A stretch of 64,000 nucleotides of DNA from an uncultured Eubacteriales bacterium. Its GTDB lineage: Bacteria > Bacillota > Clostridia > Christensenellales > UBA1242. The stretch lies in NCBI GenBank assembly GCA_902496015.1, contig CABUZJ010000002.1, forward strand, positions 3,307 to 67,306. The letters are read 5' to 3'. This document shows, one piece after another, positions 41,411 through 50,688 of this stretch. Under the pieces are notes generated by a model. The model was not told where the DNA came from. It saw only the letters and a list, made by a program, of their open reading frames with translations, and did no database searches. How positions within the stretch are numbered: the first letter of the stretch is position 1; each line of letters starts with the position of its first letter. The translations under genes were made by a program, and so were the position numbers.

Positions 41411-41704
41411 ATGTTATTAAAATTAAAAGTAATAAAGGTAAATAATTTTAATGAATATATTCTAAAAGATAAAAAAGAAGGTAAAGAATATAGCATTATA
41501 ATGGAATTTTATGGAATTGACAAACCAAAAGTGAATGACATTATTGCATTAAGTGACAGATTAGTAGACCCTAATGATAAATGGTATTCCCAACCTTATG
41601 CTTTTGAACTATTAAATGACACTGAAACCAACTTAAAACAAATTGATGTAATAGGGCTAATTTCAAAAGATAAAAAATATATTTTGAAAAGGATATATGG
41701 ATAG
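41411..41704 (+). CDS. hypothetical protein (97 aa), translationally coupled to the LRR protein
   Basis: SD AGAGG before the ATG at 41411. The stop overlaps the next start by 8 nt (ATGGATAG). Confidence 0.5.
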   Translation: MLLKLKVIKVNNFNEYILKDKKEGKEYSIIMEFYGIDKPKVNDIIALSDRLVDPNDKWYSQPYAFELLNDTETNLKQIDVIGLISKDKKYILKRIYG

Positions 41705-43415
41705 TATGGATAGCAGTGATTTAAAATGGATAAAGAAACATTATGGAGAGAAATTTTCACATCTTTGTAGAGAACTTTTCCCTACTATACTTGAAACTGA
41801 GGGTAAATTAAAAGAAATTTTAACAAAACTTTTTCTTCCAAGTAGAGAACTTTATAATGACATAGTAGATAATAACCTAATAAATGACTTTGCGAGTTAT
41901 GTTACTAGTTTATTAGGGATAAAATTAAATAATAACATTAACAGAAACCGATCTCCAGAAGAACTTATGGATAAAGCAGGATACATTCTTTATCCTGAAT
42001 GTAAAACAGAGGCAGATATTCAAAAATTTAGGCATTACTATTATCGTGGAAAAGCAACGCCAGAATATAATGGAATAAATCCTGTTAGATATGAAGGTGA
42101 AGAACTTTGTACTTTTAATGGCGGAAGGTTAAATTCTTGCCGAGTTTGGTTCGCAGTTAAAAAAGATGTAGATAAAATAAAACGTGAAGATTTTAAAAAT
42201 CCAAGAAGAGAAGATGACTATGGAGTAAGTGTTATAAGTATTCAATTTTCAAAAATTAATCCAAGTAGATTATCAATCAAAAACAGATATAATCATACAA
42301 TTAGCGATGTAAATCCAGATGCGACATTTGGCAATAATTTAGATAATATAATCACTGGACTAACAAGTGCATTTACAAGCAAATATAATATAAAGTTAAG
42401 TAGTAATAATAATAATTTTGAAATTCCTGGTTATGTTAAGGCTGCTGATGGAAGATTTTATAAATATAACTTAGAAATTGATGATGTTTACTATTGCACA
42501 AATAATATAATTATAAAACATGGTCAACCAGTTGTATTAAACAAAGACAAATATGTTCTTTTTGATAACTTCATTTTAGATATTAAAAATAAAAAAATTA
42601 TTGATTATAATAAATTAATGTCTAATACTTATAGTTATGATGCTTTTGTAGATAGTATTGGAGAAATTAAAGATATTAAACGTTTGACAAGTGAAAATGG
42701 TTTAACAATTCAAATTACTCCATCAGTTGGAGATATAATTGAAATAATGCTTAATAAACATAATGGAATAATTGGTTATATAAATTCAAATGTTCAATCT
42801 ATTGGTGAGTGCTTCTTATATAGAAATAACTCTTTAACACAAATAGACTTACCAAGAGTTCAATCTATTAGAGATGGGTTCTTATGTGAAAATAACTCAT
42901 TAACACACATTGACTTACCGAATGTTAAAACTATTGGTGATTACTTCCTATATAGAAATAACTCATTAACACAAATAGCCCTACCGAACGTTCAATCTAT
43001 CGGTCATTACTTTTTAAATAATAACAATGCATTAACACAAATAGACTTACCGAATGTTAAATCTATTGGTGAGTGCTTCTTATATAGAAATAACTCTTTA
43101 ACACAAATAGACTTACCAAGAGTTCAATCTATTGGTAATTATTTCTTAGGGCATAACGATAGTATAAAGCAAATAAAATTACTGAAAGTTCAATCTATTG
43201 GTGGTTGTTTCTTAAGTGAAAATAACTCATTAACACACATAGACTTACCGAATGTTCAATCTATTGGTGAGTACTTCTTAAGTGAAAATAACTCATTAAC
43301 ACAAATAGATCTGCCGAACATTCAATCTATTGGAGATTGGTTCTTATGTAATAACGACTCATTAGCTCAAAAATATATTCACTTAACAGATGAAGATTCC
43401 TTTTTAGAGAAATAA
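41697..43415 (+). CDS. protein with an unknown ~365-aa N-terminal domain and nine C-terminal 22-aa BspA-type leucine-rich repeats; no signal peptide
   Basis: C-terminal VQSIGxxFLxxNNSLTQIDLPN repeated 9 times. The N-terminus MDSMDSSDLKWIKKHYGEKF is hydrophilic. Confidence 0.8.
   Translation: MDSMDSSDLKWIKKHYGEKFSHLCRELFPTILETEGKLKEILTKLFLPSRELYNDIVDNNLINDFASYVTSLLGIKLNNNINRNRSPEELMDKAGYILYPECKTEADIQKFRHYYYRGKATPEYNGINPVRYEGEELCTFNGGRLNSCRVWFAVKKDVDKIKREDFKNPRREDDYGVSVISIQFSKINPSRLSIKNRYNHTISDVNPDATFGNNLDNIITGLTSAFTSKYNIKLSSNNNNFEIPGYVKAADGRFYKYNLEIDDVYYCTNNIIIKHGQPVVLNKDKYVLFDNFILDIKNKKIIDYNKLMSNTYSYDAFVDSIGEIKDIKRLTSENGLTIQITPSVGDIIEIMLNKHNGIIGYINSNVQSIGECFLYRNNSLTQIDLPRVQSIRDGFLCENNSLTHIDLPNVKTIGDYFLYRNNSLTQIALPNVQSIGHYFLNNNNALTQIDLPNVKSIGECFLYRNNSLTQIDLPRVQSIGNYFLGHNDSIKQIKLLKVQSIGGCFLSENNSLTHIDLPNVQSIGEYFLSENNSLTQIDLPNIQSIGDWFLCNNDSLAQKYIHLTDEDSFLEK
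42792..43385 (+). repeat. intragenic tandem array, 9 x 66 bp (LRR coding repeats)
   Basis: Units start at 42792 + 66n. Unit 1 (42792-42857) and unit 5 (43056-43121) differ at a single nucleotide. Confidence 0.9.
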
Positions 43416-43610
43416 TGACAAACTTTTATAACTTAAAATTGAAAATATAATATATTTTTGATTTTAAGAGTAAAAAAGTTTTTATAAATATATTCTTATT
43501 TTAAAAGAAAAATAAATCATATTAGTTTCATATTTTTGAATTATTATAAAAAGTAAAGTAATTGTTTATAAATTTATCTTTCTTTTATTTCGCTAGTTTT
43601 AAAAGGTTTC

Positions 43611-43687
43611 TTTTGGTATTATTTTTAAAATTAATGAGAAAAAGAGCATTACTATTTTTGTAGTGTTCTTTTTTATTTTTTCAAATT
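43611..43687 (+). repeat. right copy of the ~80-bp imperfect direct repeat (terminator-like hairpin)
   Basis: It shares AATGAGAAAAAGA and TTTTGTAGTGTTCTTTTTTATTTT blocks and flanks with 41099-41183. The copies are 2512 bp apart (41099 versus 43611). Confidence 0.7.
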
Positions 43688-43730
43688 TGTTAATTAAACT
43701 TGAATTTTTTTAATTGTATTTTATTTTTTA

Positions 43731-43739
43731 TGCTACAAT
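43731..43739 (+). promoter_or_regulatory. extended -10 promoter abutting ATG 43746 (candidate leaderless mRNA)
   Basis: TGcTACAAT (TG 43731-43732, hexamer 43734-43739), then exactly 6 nt before the ATG. No SD. Confidence 0.45.
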
Positions 43740-43745
43740 ATTATT

Positions 43746-44099
43746 ATGAATTGTATTTTTGAAAAATTAAAAATGTCTAAATTTAGAAGTTCTTTTCATT
43801 TAAAACAGAAAGATAAGGATTATATTAACAAAAAAGGCATAAATGTTATAAAGCAACATTGTTTAGATTTTATAACCAAAAGATTAGCTAATCCCTTATT
43901 GTTTAATGATGGCAAACAAACACCAACAAAAGGACACCCTGTTTTTATTGCCCAACACGCAACTGCAACATGTTGTAGAAAATGTTTGTTTAAATGGCAC
44001 AATATTGAAAAAACTCACATTTTAACACATCAAGAAAAAGACTATATTTGCTTAATTATAATGGAATGGATTAATTTAGAAATAAATAATATTGATTGA
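43746..44099 (+). CDS. DUF4186-family protein
   Basis: KGHPVFIAQHATATCCRKCLFKWHNI block matches my recollection of DUF4186. An alternative internal Met at 43773 also lacks an SD. Confidence 0.55.
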   Translation: MNCIFEKLKMSKFRSSFHLKQKDKDYINKKGINVIKQHCLDFITKRLANPLLFNDGKQTPTKGHPVFIAQHATATCCRKCLFKWHNIEKTHILTHQEKDYICLIIMEWINLEINNID

Positions 44100-44193
44100 T
44101 TTACAAATATTATAATTTATTTTTATTCATTCATAGTGTAAAAATTTTGAAATTTAATAAAATTATATTATAATATTTTAAAGGAGTTGGCAC

Positions 44194-44313
44194 ATGGCAC
44201 TTTTTGGCAAGAAATTTAGCATTATAAAATTTATATTGTTTATTATTGTTGCCATAATAGTTGTTCTTTTAATTTTTAGGGGCAATATTATTAGTGCGGT
44301 GAATGAATTATGA
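44194..44313 (+). CDS. small single-TM protein (39 aa), not in the ORF track
   Basis: AAAGGAG SD 8 nt upstream. MALFGKKFSIIKFILFIIVAIIVVLLIFRGNIISAVNEL. The stop overlaps the next ATG (ATGA). Confidence 0.35.
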   Translation: MALFGKKFSIIKFILFIIVAIIVVLLIFRGNIISAVNEL

Positions 44314-45209
44314 AAAAAAATAAAACTTTAAGGTTTTTTGTAATACTTCTTATAGTCTTAGTTTTATTAGGGTCAATTGGAGTGGGTGGCTATTTTATTT
44401 TAGATAAAGTAGTAGTTCCTAAATATTTTGGTGAGTTTGGGATTAATAATATGGGCGACCTTGTTCAAATGATGGGTACCCTTTATAATAGTAATGATGA
44501 AAAAGATATTGTTACAAATGGTTTTACAGAAACAGATAGAGTTTCGGCAGAAAGTAAACTAATTGGTGTAGGTTTTCCAAAACTCGCAAATGGGAATTTA
44601 GATTATAAGAAACTAGCAGAAGGAGATTTTTATGTAAGCCCAGATGCACAAGTTGAATTAACAGATAAAGAACTTGCAAGTTTGCTTGGGCAAATGCTTA
44701 ACAGCGGAATTCTTGCTGAAAAATTGCCCGATTTAAAATATATAAACACTTTAACTTTTTCAATGCTTGAAGTAATTATAACTCCAATGGTTGAAAATGG
44801 CGTTTTAAATCCAAATTCTGCAAAAATGGAGTTTAGTATTAAAATAGATACATCTAGTGTTCGAAGTCAAATGGCAAATGAAATGGAAATGCCTTTGTTT
44901 TTACTTAACATGATTGTTCCTAAAACGCTTTATATAAATGTTAATTTTGGCCTAGAAATAAGTGAAAACAATTGGGTTTACAGCAATAGCTCAATTGGGG
45001 TTAATGGTAGAACTAGTAAGCAAAGTGAAATATTACTAAATTTGTTAATAGATTTTATTTTTCCAGTTGAAAACAATATGACATTAGAAAAACTCAACGA
45101 AGAATTTGGTGGGGTAGTGTTAAAAGGGCTTGAACTGCTTGGTAATGTGCAATTTACTAATTCAATATATTCAACAAATCAAAACGGAGTAGTTCTAACA
45201 TTTAAATAA
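44310..45209 (+). CDS. N-terminally membrane-anchored hypothetical protein (299 aa)
   Basis: MKKNKTLRFFVILLIVLVLLGSIGVGGYF anchor. The remainder is unrecognised. Confidence 0.55.
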   Translation: MKKNKTLRFFVILLIVLVLLGSIGVGGYFILDKVVVPKYFGEFGINNMGDLVQMMGTLYNSNDEKDIVTNGFTETDRVSAESKLIGVGFPKLANGNLDYKKLAEGDFYVSPDAQVELTDKELASLLGQMLNSGILAEKLPDLKYINTLTFSMLEVIITPMVENGVLNPNSAKMEFSIKIDTSSVRSQMANEMEMPLFLLNMIVPKTLYINVNFGLEISENNWVYSNSSIGVNGRTSKQSEILLNLLIDFIFPVENNMTLEKLNEEFGGVVLKGLELLGNVQFTNSIYSTNQNGVVLTFK

Positions 45210-45215
45210 ATAAAT

Positions 45216-45260
45216 AAAAAATCATTGCTTAGAAAAATTAATTTAAGCAATGATTTTTTT
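45216..45260. terminator. bidirectional intrinsic terminator
   Basis: 11-bp stem ATCATTGCTTA (45221-45231) / TAAGCAATGAT (45244-45254), flanked by an A-run and a T-run. Confidence 0.65.
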
Positions 45261-45261
45261 A

Positions 45262-46188
45262 TTAATCTATATAAATAATGTCTACTCCCCGTTTTGAAAC
45301 AAAATCAATATCAATTTGTTTACTTAAAGTGTGAACAGCCACTTCTTTTTTTGTTTTAAATCCAAAAGAACGATATAGCATCCAAGTGTTGTAATAAAGC
45401 ACAATGGTTGTAACGTTCTCTTTATCTTCAAAATACTCATTAATTTTAGAAATAGAATACTCTGCTTTGTAATTTGTAAACCAATACTCAGCAAAATTAA
45501 AAACTTGTAAAGCATTATAATTTTCAATTGAATAAACTTGAATAATAAATCTATTAAAAATATCAAAGTCTTGTGTTTTGCTTATTTCTATCATATTAGC
45601 AAGCAAAGCAACAGCATCTTCCTCTTTTGTGTCAAAAACTATTTTAATATTAGGGTTTTCTTTAAGTTGTAAAATTAACCAATCAAAAGTTATTCCATTA
45701 TATAGACTATAAATTTTACTATTTTTGTATTCCATAATAGTTGGGCGGTTAGTTAAATTAAAGTCGCCAATGTTTTCAAATTCATGAGAACATACTATTT
45801 GTTTATCTGCTGTATATAAAAAATCTAATTCAATTAAGTTAATATTATTATTAATACAATTTAAGAAACTTTCTTGTGAATTAGTGTAAGTATGGTTTTC
45901 AAGTGAACCGCCAGCATGTGCAACAAATTTGATATTTTCTTTTGCATCAATATTAAATGTTAAAACACAATTTGGAATTATAAGGGATATACTTAAAATA
46001 ATTGATATAATTGAAGTGATAATTATTTGTTTATTTCTTTTAATAAATAGTGAAATTATAGAAAATAATAATAAAATAAATTGAAATACTAAGCTTGTAA
46101 AAAAAATACTTTGCCAAACAATGTAAACTAAACTTTGTAAAATAATAGTTGTTATTAAAAGAGCTAATAAAATAATAAAAACAAACAT
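45262..46188 (-). CDS. membrane-anchored glycerophosphodiester phosphodiesterase (GDPD/PI-PLC-like) family protein
   Basis: N-terminal TM helices. FVAHAGGSLENHT...LIELDF resembles the GDPD H-x-G ... E-x-D catalytic blocks. Confidence 0.5.
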   Translation of the reverse strand: MFVFIILLALLITTIILQSLVYIVWQSIFFTSLVFQFILLLFSIISLFIKRNKQIIITSIISIILSISLIIPNCVLTFNIDAKENIKFVAHAGGSLENHTYTNSQESFLNCINNNINLIELDFLYTADKQIVCSHEFENIGDFNLTNRPTIMEYKNSKIYSLYNGITFDWLILQLKENPNIKIVFDTKEEDAVALLANMIEISKTQDFDIFNRFIIQVYSIENYNALQVFNFAEYWFTNYKAEYSISKINEYFEDKENVTTIVLYYNTWMLYRSFGFKTKKEVAVHTLSKQIDIDFVSKRGVDIIYID

Positions 46189-46194
46189 AACTAT

Positions 46195-46200
46195 ATTATA
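46195..46200 (-). promoter_or_regulatory. -10 element abutting ATG 46188 (candidate leaderless mRNA)
   Basis: On the minus strand, TATAAT (46200-46195) is followed by exactly 6 nt (ATAGTT) and the ATG. No SD. Confidence 0.4.
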
Positions 46201-46315
46201 GCCAAAAAATTTTATTAGTAAATTTATTTTTATAATTAAATAAAATTATTGAATAGTTTATTTTTATGTGTTATAATCTTTTTTGTAATTATTGTTGTAG
46301 AAAACTAATTCAAAT

Positions 46316-46392
46316 GTGGGTATAGCTCAGCAGGATAGAGCGGTCGCCTCCTAAGCGACAGGTCGGAAGTTCGAATCTTCTTACTCACACCA
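46316..46392 (+). tRNA. tRNA-Arg (anticodon CCU)
   Basis: Acceptor GTGGGTA/TACTCAC. Anticodon stem GTCGC/GCGAC with loop CTCCTAA. T-arm GGAAG-TTCGAAT-CTTCT. Encoded CCA. Confidence 0.9.
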
Positions 46393-46396
46393 AAAA

Positions 46397-46432
46397 AAAT
46401 ATCTGTTAGTATAAACTTACGGATATTTTTTT
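46397..46432 (+). terminator. intrinsic terminator after tRNA-Arg(CCU)
   Basis: AAATATCTG (46397-46405) / CGGATATTT (46420-46428) with one G-U pair, followed by a T-run. Confidence 0.5.
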
Positions 46433-46476
46433 GTTTTTAATGTTATTTTATTTATGAAATTATATAAAAATTTTTA

Positions 46477-47355
46477 TTAATTTATTTTATCAATGTCAAT
46501 TATTGTGTAAGCTCTGTTTCCAAGTCCTTCTTCATAAGCCGTTTCTACTGTGTGGATTGCATGACGAGAATTCATTCGCTCTATTAAAGAGGCTTTTCCT
46601 TCGTCTTTTGAATTAATTATTGCATCATAGCATGCTTGGTCTAGTGCAACTGGGTCTAGGCTTGCAAAAATTCCTATGTCTGCCATTTCTGGTTTGTGTG
46701 GGTTACTATCGCAATCGCAATCTATTGATAAGTTATTTGCTACATTAATGTATGCAATATTGTCTTTTCCCATATATGATATAACTGCTGCACAGGCATC
46801 TGCCATACTTTCAAGAAATTTGTCTTGTTCACAATCCCAAATATGTTCTTCATGTCCTGCACCATGTATATAAGCTTTTCCATGTGAAGACGCAATTCCA
46901 ATAGACATATTTTTTAATGCACCGCCAAAACCACCCATAGCATGTCCTTTGAAATGTGAGAGCATTAACATTGAATCATATTTTGTAATATTTGCACCAA
47001 CAAAATTTTTATTTATTTGTTTTCCACAAGGCACTGGAATTTCAATTTCGCCAAATTCGTCCATAATGTCACATGGGGCAATATCTAAGAATCCATGACT
47101 TTTAATGGTTTTCCAATGATCTTTTGTGTTACTTCTTTTACCTGTGTATGCAGTGTTACATTCAACAATAGTGCCATTTAGTTTATTTATCAAACCTTTT
47201 ATTAAATTTGGATTAAGAAAGTTGTGCCCACCTGGTTCACCTGTGGAAATTTTAACTGCAACTTTGCCATGTAGTTTAATTCCTAAGGCTTCATAAATTT
47301 TAATTAAGCTTTCACTTGTAATATTTTTTGTAAAAAACACTTTTGATTTTTCCAT
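46477..47355 (-). CDS. DUF362-domain protein
   Basis: KVAVKISTGEPGGHNFLNP...ECNTAY and the overall length resemble DUF362. SD AAGGAAA. This call is from memory. Confidence 0.55.
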   Translation of the reverse strand: MEKSKVFFTKNITSESLIKIYEALGIKLHGKVAVKISTGEPGGHNFLNPNLIKGLINKLNGTIVECNTAYTGKRSNTKDHWKTIKSHGFLDIAPCDIMDEFGEIEIPVPCGKQINKNFVGANITKYDSMLMLSHFKGHAMGGFGGALKNMSIGIASSHGKAYIHGAGHEEHIWDCEQDKFLESMADACAAVISYMGKDNIAYINVANNLSIDCDCDSNPHKPEMADIGIFASLDPVALDQACYDAIINSKDEGKASLIERMNSRHAIHTVETAYEEGLGNRAYTIIDIDKIN

Positions 47356-47532
47356 AATAATTTCCTTTATAATAAAATTGTATAATTAAGTATTTTAAAA
47401 AATCAAATATTTTATAAATATTTTTAAAAATTTTCTATTATTGTTATGATTTCATTTTGAAATTAGATATAATAATATAAAGTTCATAATTATAGTGAAT
47501 AAAAATAATAATTTATATAAACCAGGAGTTTT

Positions 47533-48444
47533 ATGCAAAAAGGTTATTTAAAAATTGAAGAAATTAATAAAAATATTAAAAATAATGCAATGAAAGTTGT
47601 TAGAGATGCTGAAAGCAATTTTAGAAGTCAACTATTTGAACTCGCTAATTTTATAATAAATAATGGTAATATAAAAATCGTGTTAATTGGGGGGCCGAGT
47701 TGTGCCGGCAAGACAACATCTGCAAATTTACTAAAAGATATTTTGCAAAGGAAAGGTAAACAAGTTTTAACCATTGCAATGGACAATTTTTTTAAAAGTC
47801 AAAGTGAAAGAGAATTGTTAGAAGATGGCACCATTGATTTTGATAGTTTAAATATTGTTAACCTTGAACAAATGAGAGAATGTTTTAAAACTCTTTTTGA
47901 AAAGGGAAAAGCAAAATTTCCAGAATTTGACTTTGTTAGTGGTGTTAATTATCCCGATAAAATTTCTTATCAACTAACAGAAGAGACAATAATAATATTT
48001 GAAGGGATACATGTTTTAAATCCAAAACTTATTTCATATCTTGAAACTAAAAATTTTATAAAAGTTTATATTAGTAATTTAAGTGGATTTAAAGGCTATG
48101 GCTATGAAATTTCTACCCGTGAGTTTAGGCTTGTAAGACGAATGATAAGAGATATGGCAAGAAGGGGAGTAAAACCCAGTGAAACACTTAGGATGTGGCA
48201 TAATATTACAAATGCCGAAGAAGTTTATATAGAACCTTTTAAAAAAGATGTTGATTATGAAATTGACACAACTCATGCCTATGAAATTGGATTATACAAA
48301 AATATAATCTTAAATGCTATTAATAATAAAGAATTAAGTTATAAACTTTTACCATGGTTGAAGTTGTTTGAATTTGCTGAAGATGTTAGTAAAGACCTGT
48401 TACCAGACACTACATTAATGAATGAATTTATAAATATTGATTAA
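47533..48444 (+). CDS. uridine kinase/PRK-family nucleoside kinase-like protein
   Basis: IGGPSCAGKTT P-loop and IIFEGIHVLNP block. SD AGGAG. Confidence 0.6.
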   Translation: MQKGYLKIEEINKNIKNNAMKVVRDAESNFRSQLFELANFIINNGNIKIVLIGGPSCAGKTTSANLLKDILQRKGKQVLTIAMDNFFKSQSERELLEDGTIDFDSLNIVNLEQMRECFKTLFEKGKAKFPEFDFVSGVNYPDKISYQLTEETIIIFEGIHVLNPKLISYLETKNFIKVYISNLSGFKGYGYEISTREFRLVRRMIRDMARRGVKPSETLRMWHNITNAEEVYIEPFKKDVDYEIDTTHAYEIGLYKNIILNAINNKELSYKLLPWLKLFEFAEDVSKDLLPDTTLMNEFINID

Positions 48445-48593
48445 ATTATATAAAATTTAAAGTATAATTGCAGAATATTATATAATTTTTATCTTAATTT
48501 ATAAAATTTTATTTTAAAATTCGCAAATTTAATAATAAATTTATTAAAATTCAATAAATTTTAATATAATTTCCTATTTAATTAATATAAAAA

Positions 48594-48625
48594 ATAGTCG
48601 ACTAAACTATAAATCGACTATTTTT
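48594..48625. terminator. bidirectional intrinsic terminator
   Basis: ATAGTCGA (48594-48601) / TCGACTAT (48614-48621), flanked by an A-run and a T-run. Confidence 0.5.
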
Positions 48626-48630
48626 ATTGC

Positions 48631-49797
48631 TTAAATATTTAGATTAAAATTGCTATTTAAAGTTTTACTATTGCTGTTAATGCTTAGCAGATTTAGAATT
48701 GTTGCACCAACATGGTTAAAACCTTTAAGGGTTCCTAAATTTTTAGGTTCAATAGATTTATAATATAATATAAACGGAACATATTCACGACTGTGGTCAG
48801 TAGATTCTGTTGCAGGATCGCAACCATGGTCGGCTGTGATAATTAAAGCATCATCTTCTTTCATATTTGAAATAAATTCATTTAATTTAGCATCAAAGTT
48901 TGTTAATGCTTTTGCATATCCATCAATATCGTTTCTATGTCCAAATTTCATATCAAAATCGCATAAATTTATCCAGCATAAGCCACTAAAATCTTTATTT
49001 TGGCAAGATAGAAGTTGGTTCATACCTGTGTTATTATCGGTGCTGGTTAGAGTGATTGAAATATTTTGATGTGCAAACATGTCATCAATTTTTCCAATTG
49101 CTATAACTTCTAAATTATTTTTTATTATTTGTTCTAATAAATTATCAGCGGGTGGAATTAAAGAGAAGTCGTGCCTATTAGAAGTGCGATAGAAATTTGG
49201 ATATTCGCCTAAAAATGGTCTTGCTATAATACGACCAACACCATATTTTCCAGTCATAATTTCCCTTGCTTGCTTACACATTGTGTAAAGTTGGCTTAGT
49301 GGAATAACTTCTTCATGACATGCTATTTGCAAAACGCTGTCTGCCGATGTGTAAACTATAGGGTTACCTGTTTTTATGTGTTCGCAACCATAATCAATTA
49401 TTACTTGAGTTCCTGAATAGGGTTTATTACATAAAACTTTTTTCCCCCAAGCTTTTTCAAGTTTGTTTATAATATTTTTAGGAAATCCTTTTTTAAATGT
49501 TGGGAAAGGAGTTTTAGTTATTATTCCTGCCATTTCCCAGTGACCTGTGGTAGAATCTTTTCCTGCTGAAAGTTCTTCTAGTCTTGCAAAACTGCCAATT
49601 GGGTTTTCAATTTTAGGTTTGCACGAAACACCATCTATATTAAATAAGCCGAGTTTAGTTAAAGTAGGAATATTTAAACTTTCACTTGATGCAATTGTTT
49701 TAATTGTGTTAGAACCTAAATCACCATAAGATTTTGCATCAGGTGCTTGCCCAATTCCAAAACTATCTAAAACTATTAAAAAAACTCTTTTTGCCAT
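48631..49797 (-). CDS. deoB: phosphopentomutase
   Basis: RVFLIVLDSFGIG, GKDSTTGHWE, TADHGCDP motifs. Confidence 0.9.
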   Translation of the reverse strand: MAKRVFLIVLDSFGIGQAPDAKSYGDLGSNTIKTIASSESLNIPTLTKLGLFNIDGVSCKPKIENPIGSFARLEELSAGKDSTTGHWEMAGIITKTPFPTFKKGFPKNIINKLEKAWGKKVLCNKPYSGTQVIIDYGCEHIKTGNPIVYTSADSVLQIACHEEVIPLSQLYTMCKQAREIMTGKYGVGRIIARPFLGEYPNFYRTSNRHDFSLIPPADNLLEQIIKNNLEVIAIGKIDDMFAHQNISITLTSTDNNTGMNQLLSCQNKDFSGLCWINLCDFDMKFGHRNDIDGYAKALTNFDAKLNEFISNMKEDDALIITADHGCDPATESTDHSREYVPFILYYKSIEPKNLGTLKGFNHVGATILNLLSINSNSKTLNSNFNLNI

Positions 49798-50501
49798 TAT
49801 GCCATCTCCAATGCTAATTTTATCATGTTATTAAAACTTATTTCTCGTTCCTTGGCTGAAAGAGCAGTTCCTTTTAATATATGATCGCTGACAGAACATA
49901 GAGTAAGGGCATTTTTGTTAAACTTTTTAGCATTATAATAAAGACTTGCAGATTCCATTTCAACTGCCAAACAGTTATATTTTTGCATAATTTCTTTTTG
50001 ATTTTCATCTTCGTAAAATGTATCGGTGCAGTAAATATTTCCACAAAAAAAATTCAAATTTAATTTTTTTGCTGTATTTATTGCAGTTTTCACAAGGTTT
50101 TCTGTTGCATTCAATTCAAAAATTTTTAATTTATTAAGGTTTGCATAATTAGTGGTGGTGATGCAAGTTTTTGCAATCACAATATCTTTAAGATCTAAAT
50201 TATAATTAAAAGACCCGCAAGAGCCCACTCTTATAATGTTATCAACATTATAAAAGCTAAATAGTTCATAACTATATATTCCCATTGAAGGATTACCCAT
50301 TCCAGATGCCATAACAGAAACTTCTTTCCCATTGTAAGTTCCAGTGTAACCTTGCATTCCACGAACATTGTTTACAAGTTTTGCATTATTAAGGAAATGT
50401 TTTGCAATATATCTTGCACGCTTTGGATCTCCTGGCATAATTATTGTTTTAGCAAAATCTCCTTTTTTACATTCTATATGGGCAGTGGGGGTTTTATCCA
50501 T
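49797..50501 (-). CDS. deoD: purine nucleoside phosphorylase, DeoD type
   Basis: TPTAHI, MPGDPKRA, SVMASGMGNPS, AVEMESA. Start moved to MDKTPTAHI behind AAGGAGAA. Confidence 0.9.
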   Translation of the reverse strand: MDKTPTAHIECKKGDFAKTIIMPGDPKRARYIAKHFLNNAKLVNNVRGMQGYTGTYNGKEVSVMASGMGNPSMGIYSYELFSFYNVDNIIRVGSCGSFNYNLDLKDIVIAKTCITTTNYANLNKLKIFELNATENLVKTAINTAKKLNLNFFCGNIYCTDTFYEDENQKEIMQKYNCLAVEMESASLYYNAKKFNKNALTLCSVSDHILKGTALSAKEREISFNNMIKLALEMA

Positions 50502-50640
50502 AAATTTCTCCTTATTAAGTAGGTGATAATACAAATTTATTTTACTATATTTTATAATTATTTCCAACTATTTTAAAATGTTATAAAAATAAAAAAGTTT
50601 GATTTAGTTTTTTGTTAATTTTAATTTTTTTTTAAAGAAT

Positions 50641-50669
50641 TTGACAAACTTACAAATAGAAAATAGACT
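50641..50669 (+). promoter_or_regulatory. promoter of the DUF1846 gene
   Basis: TTGACA (50641-50646), 17 nt, TAGACT (50664-50669). Confidence 0.5.
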
Positions 50670-50688
50670 ACTAATAAAGGAGATGTTT

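Noticed and set aside
42792-43385. Regular 66-bp repeats, considered as a CRISPR-like array.
   Set aside because: The repeats are contiguous with no unique spacers. They are in frame within a long ORF and encode a 22-aa LRR consensus. No cas genes are present.
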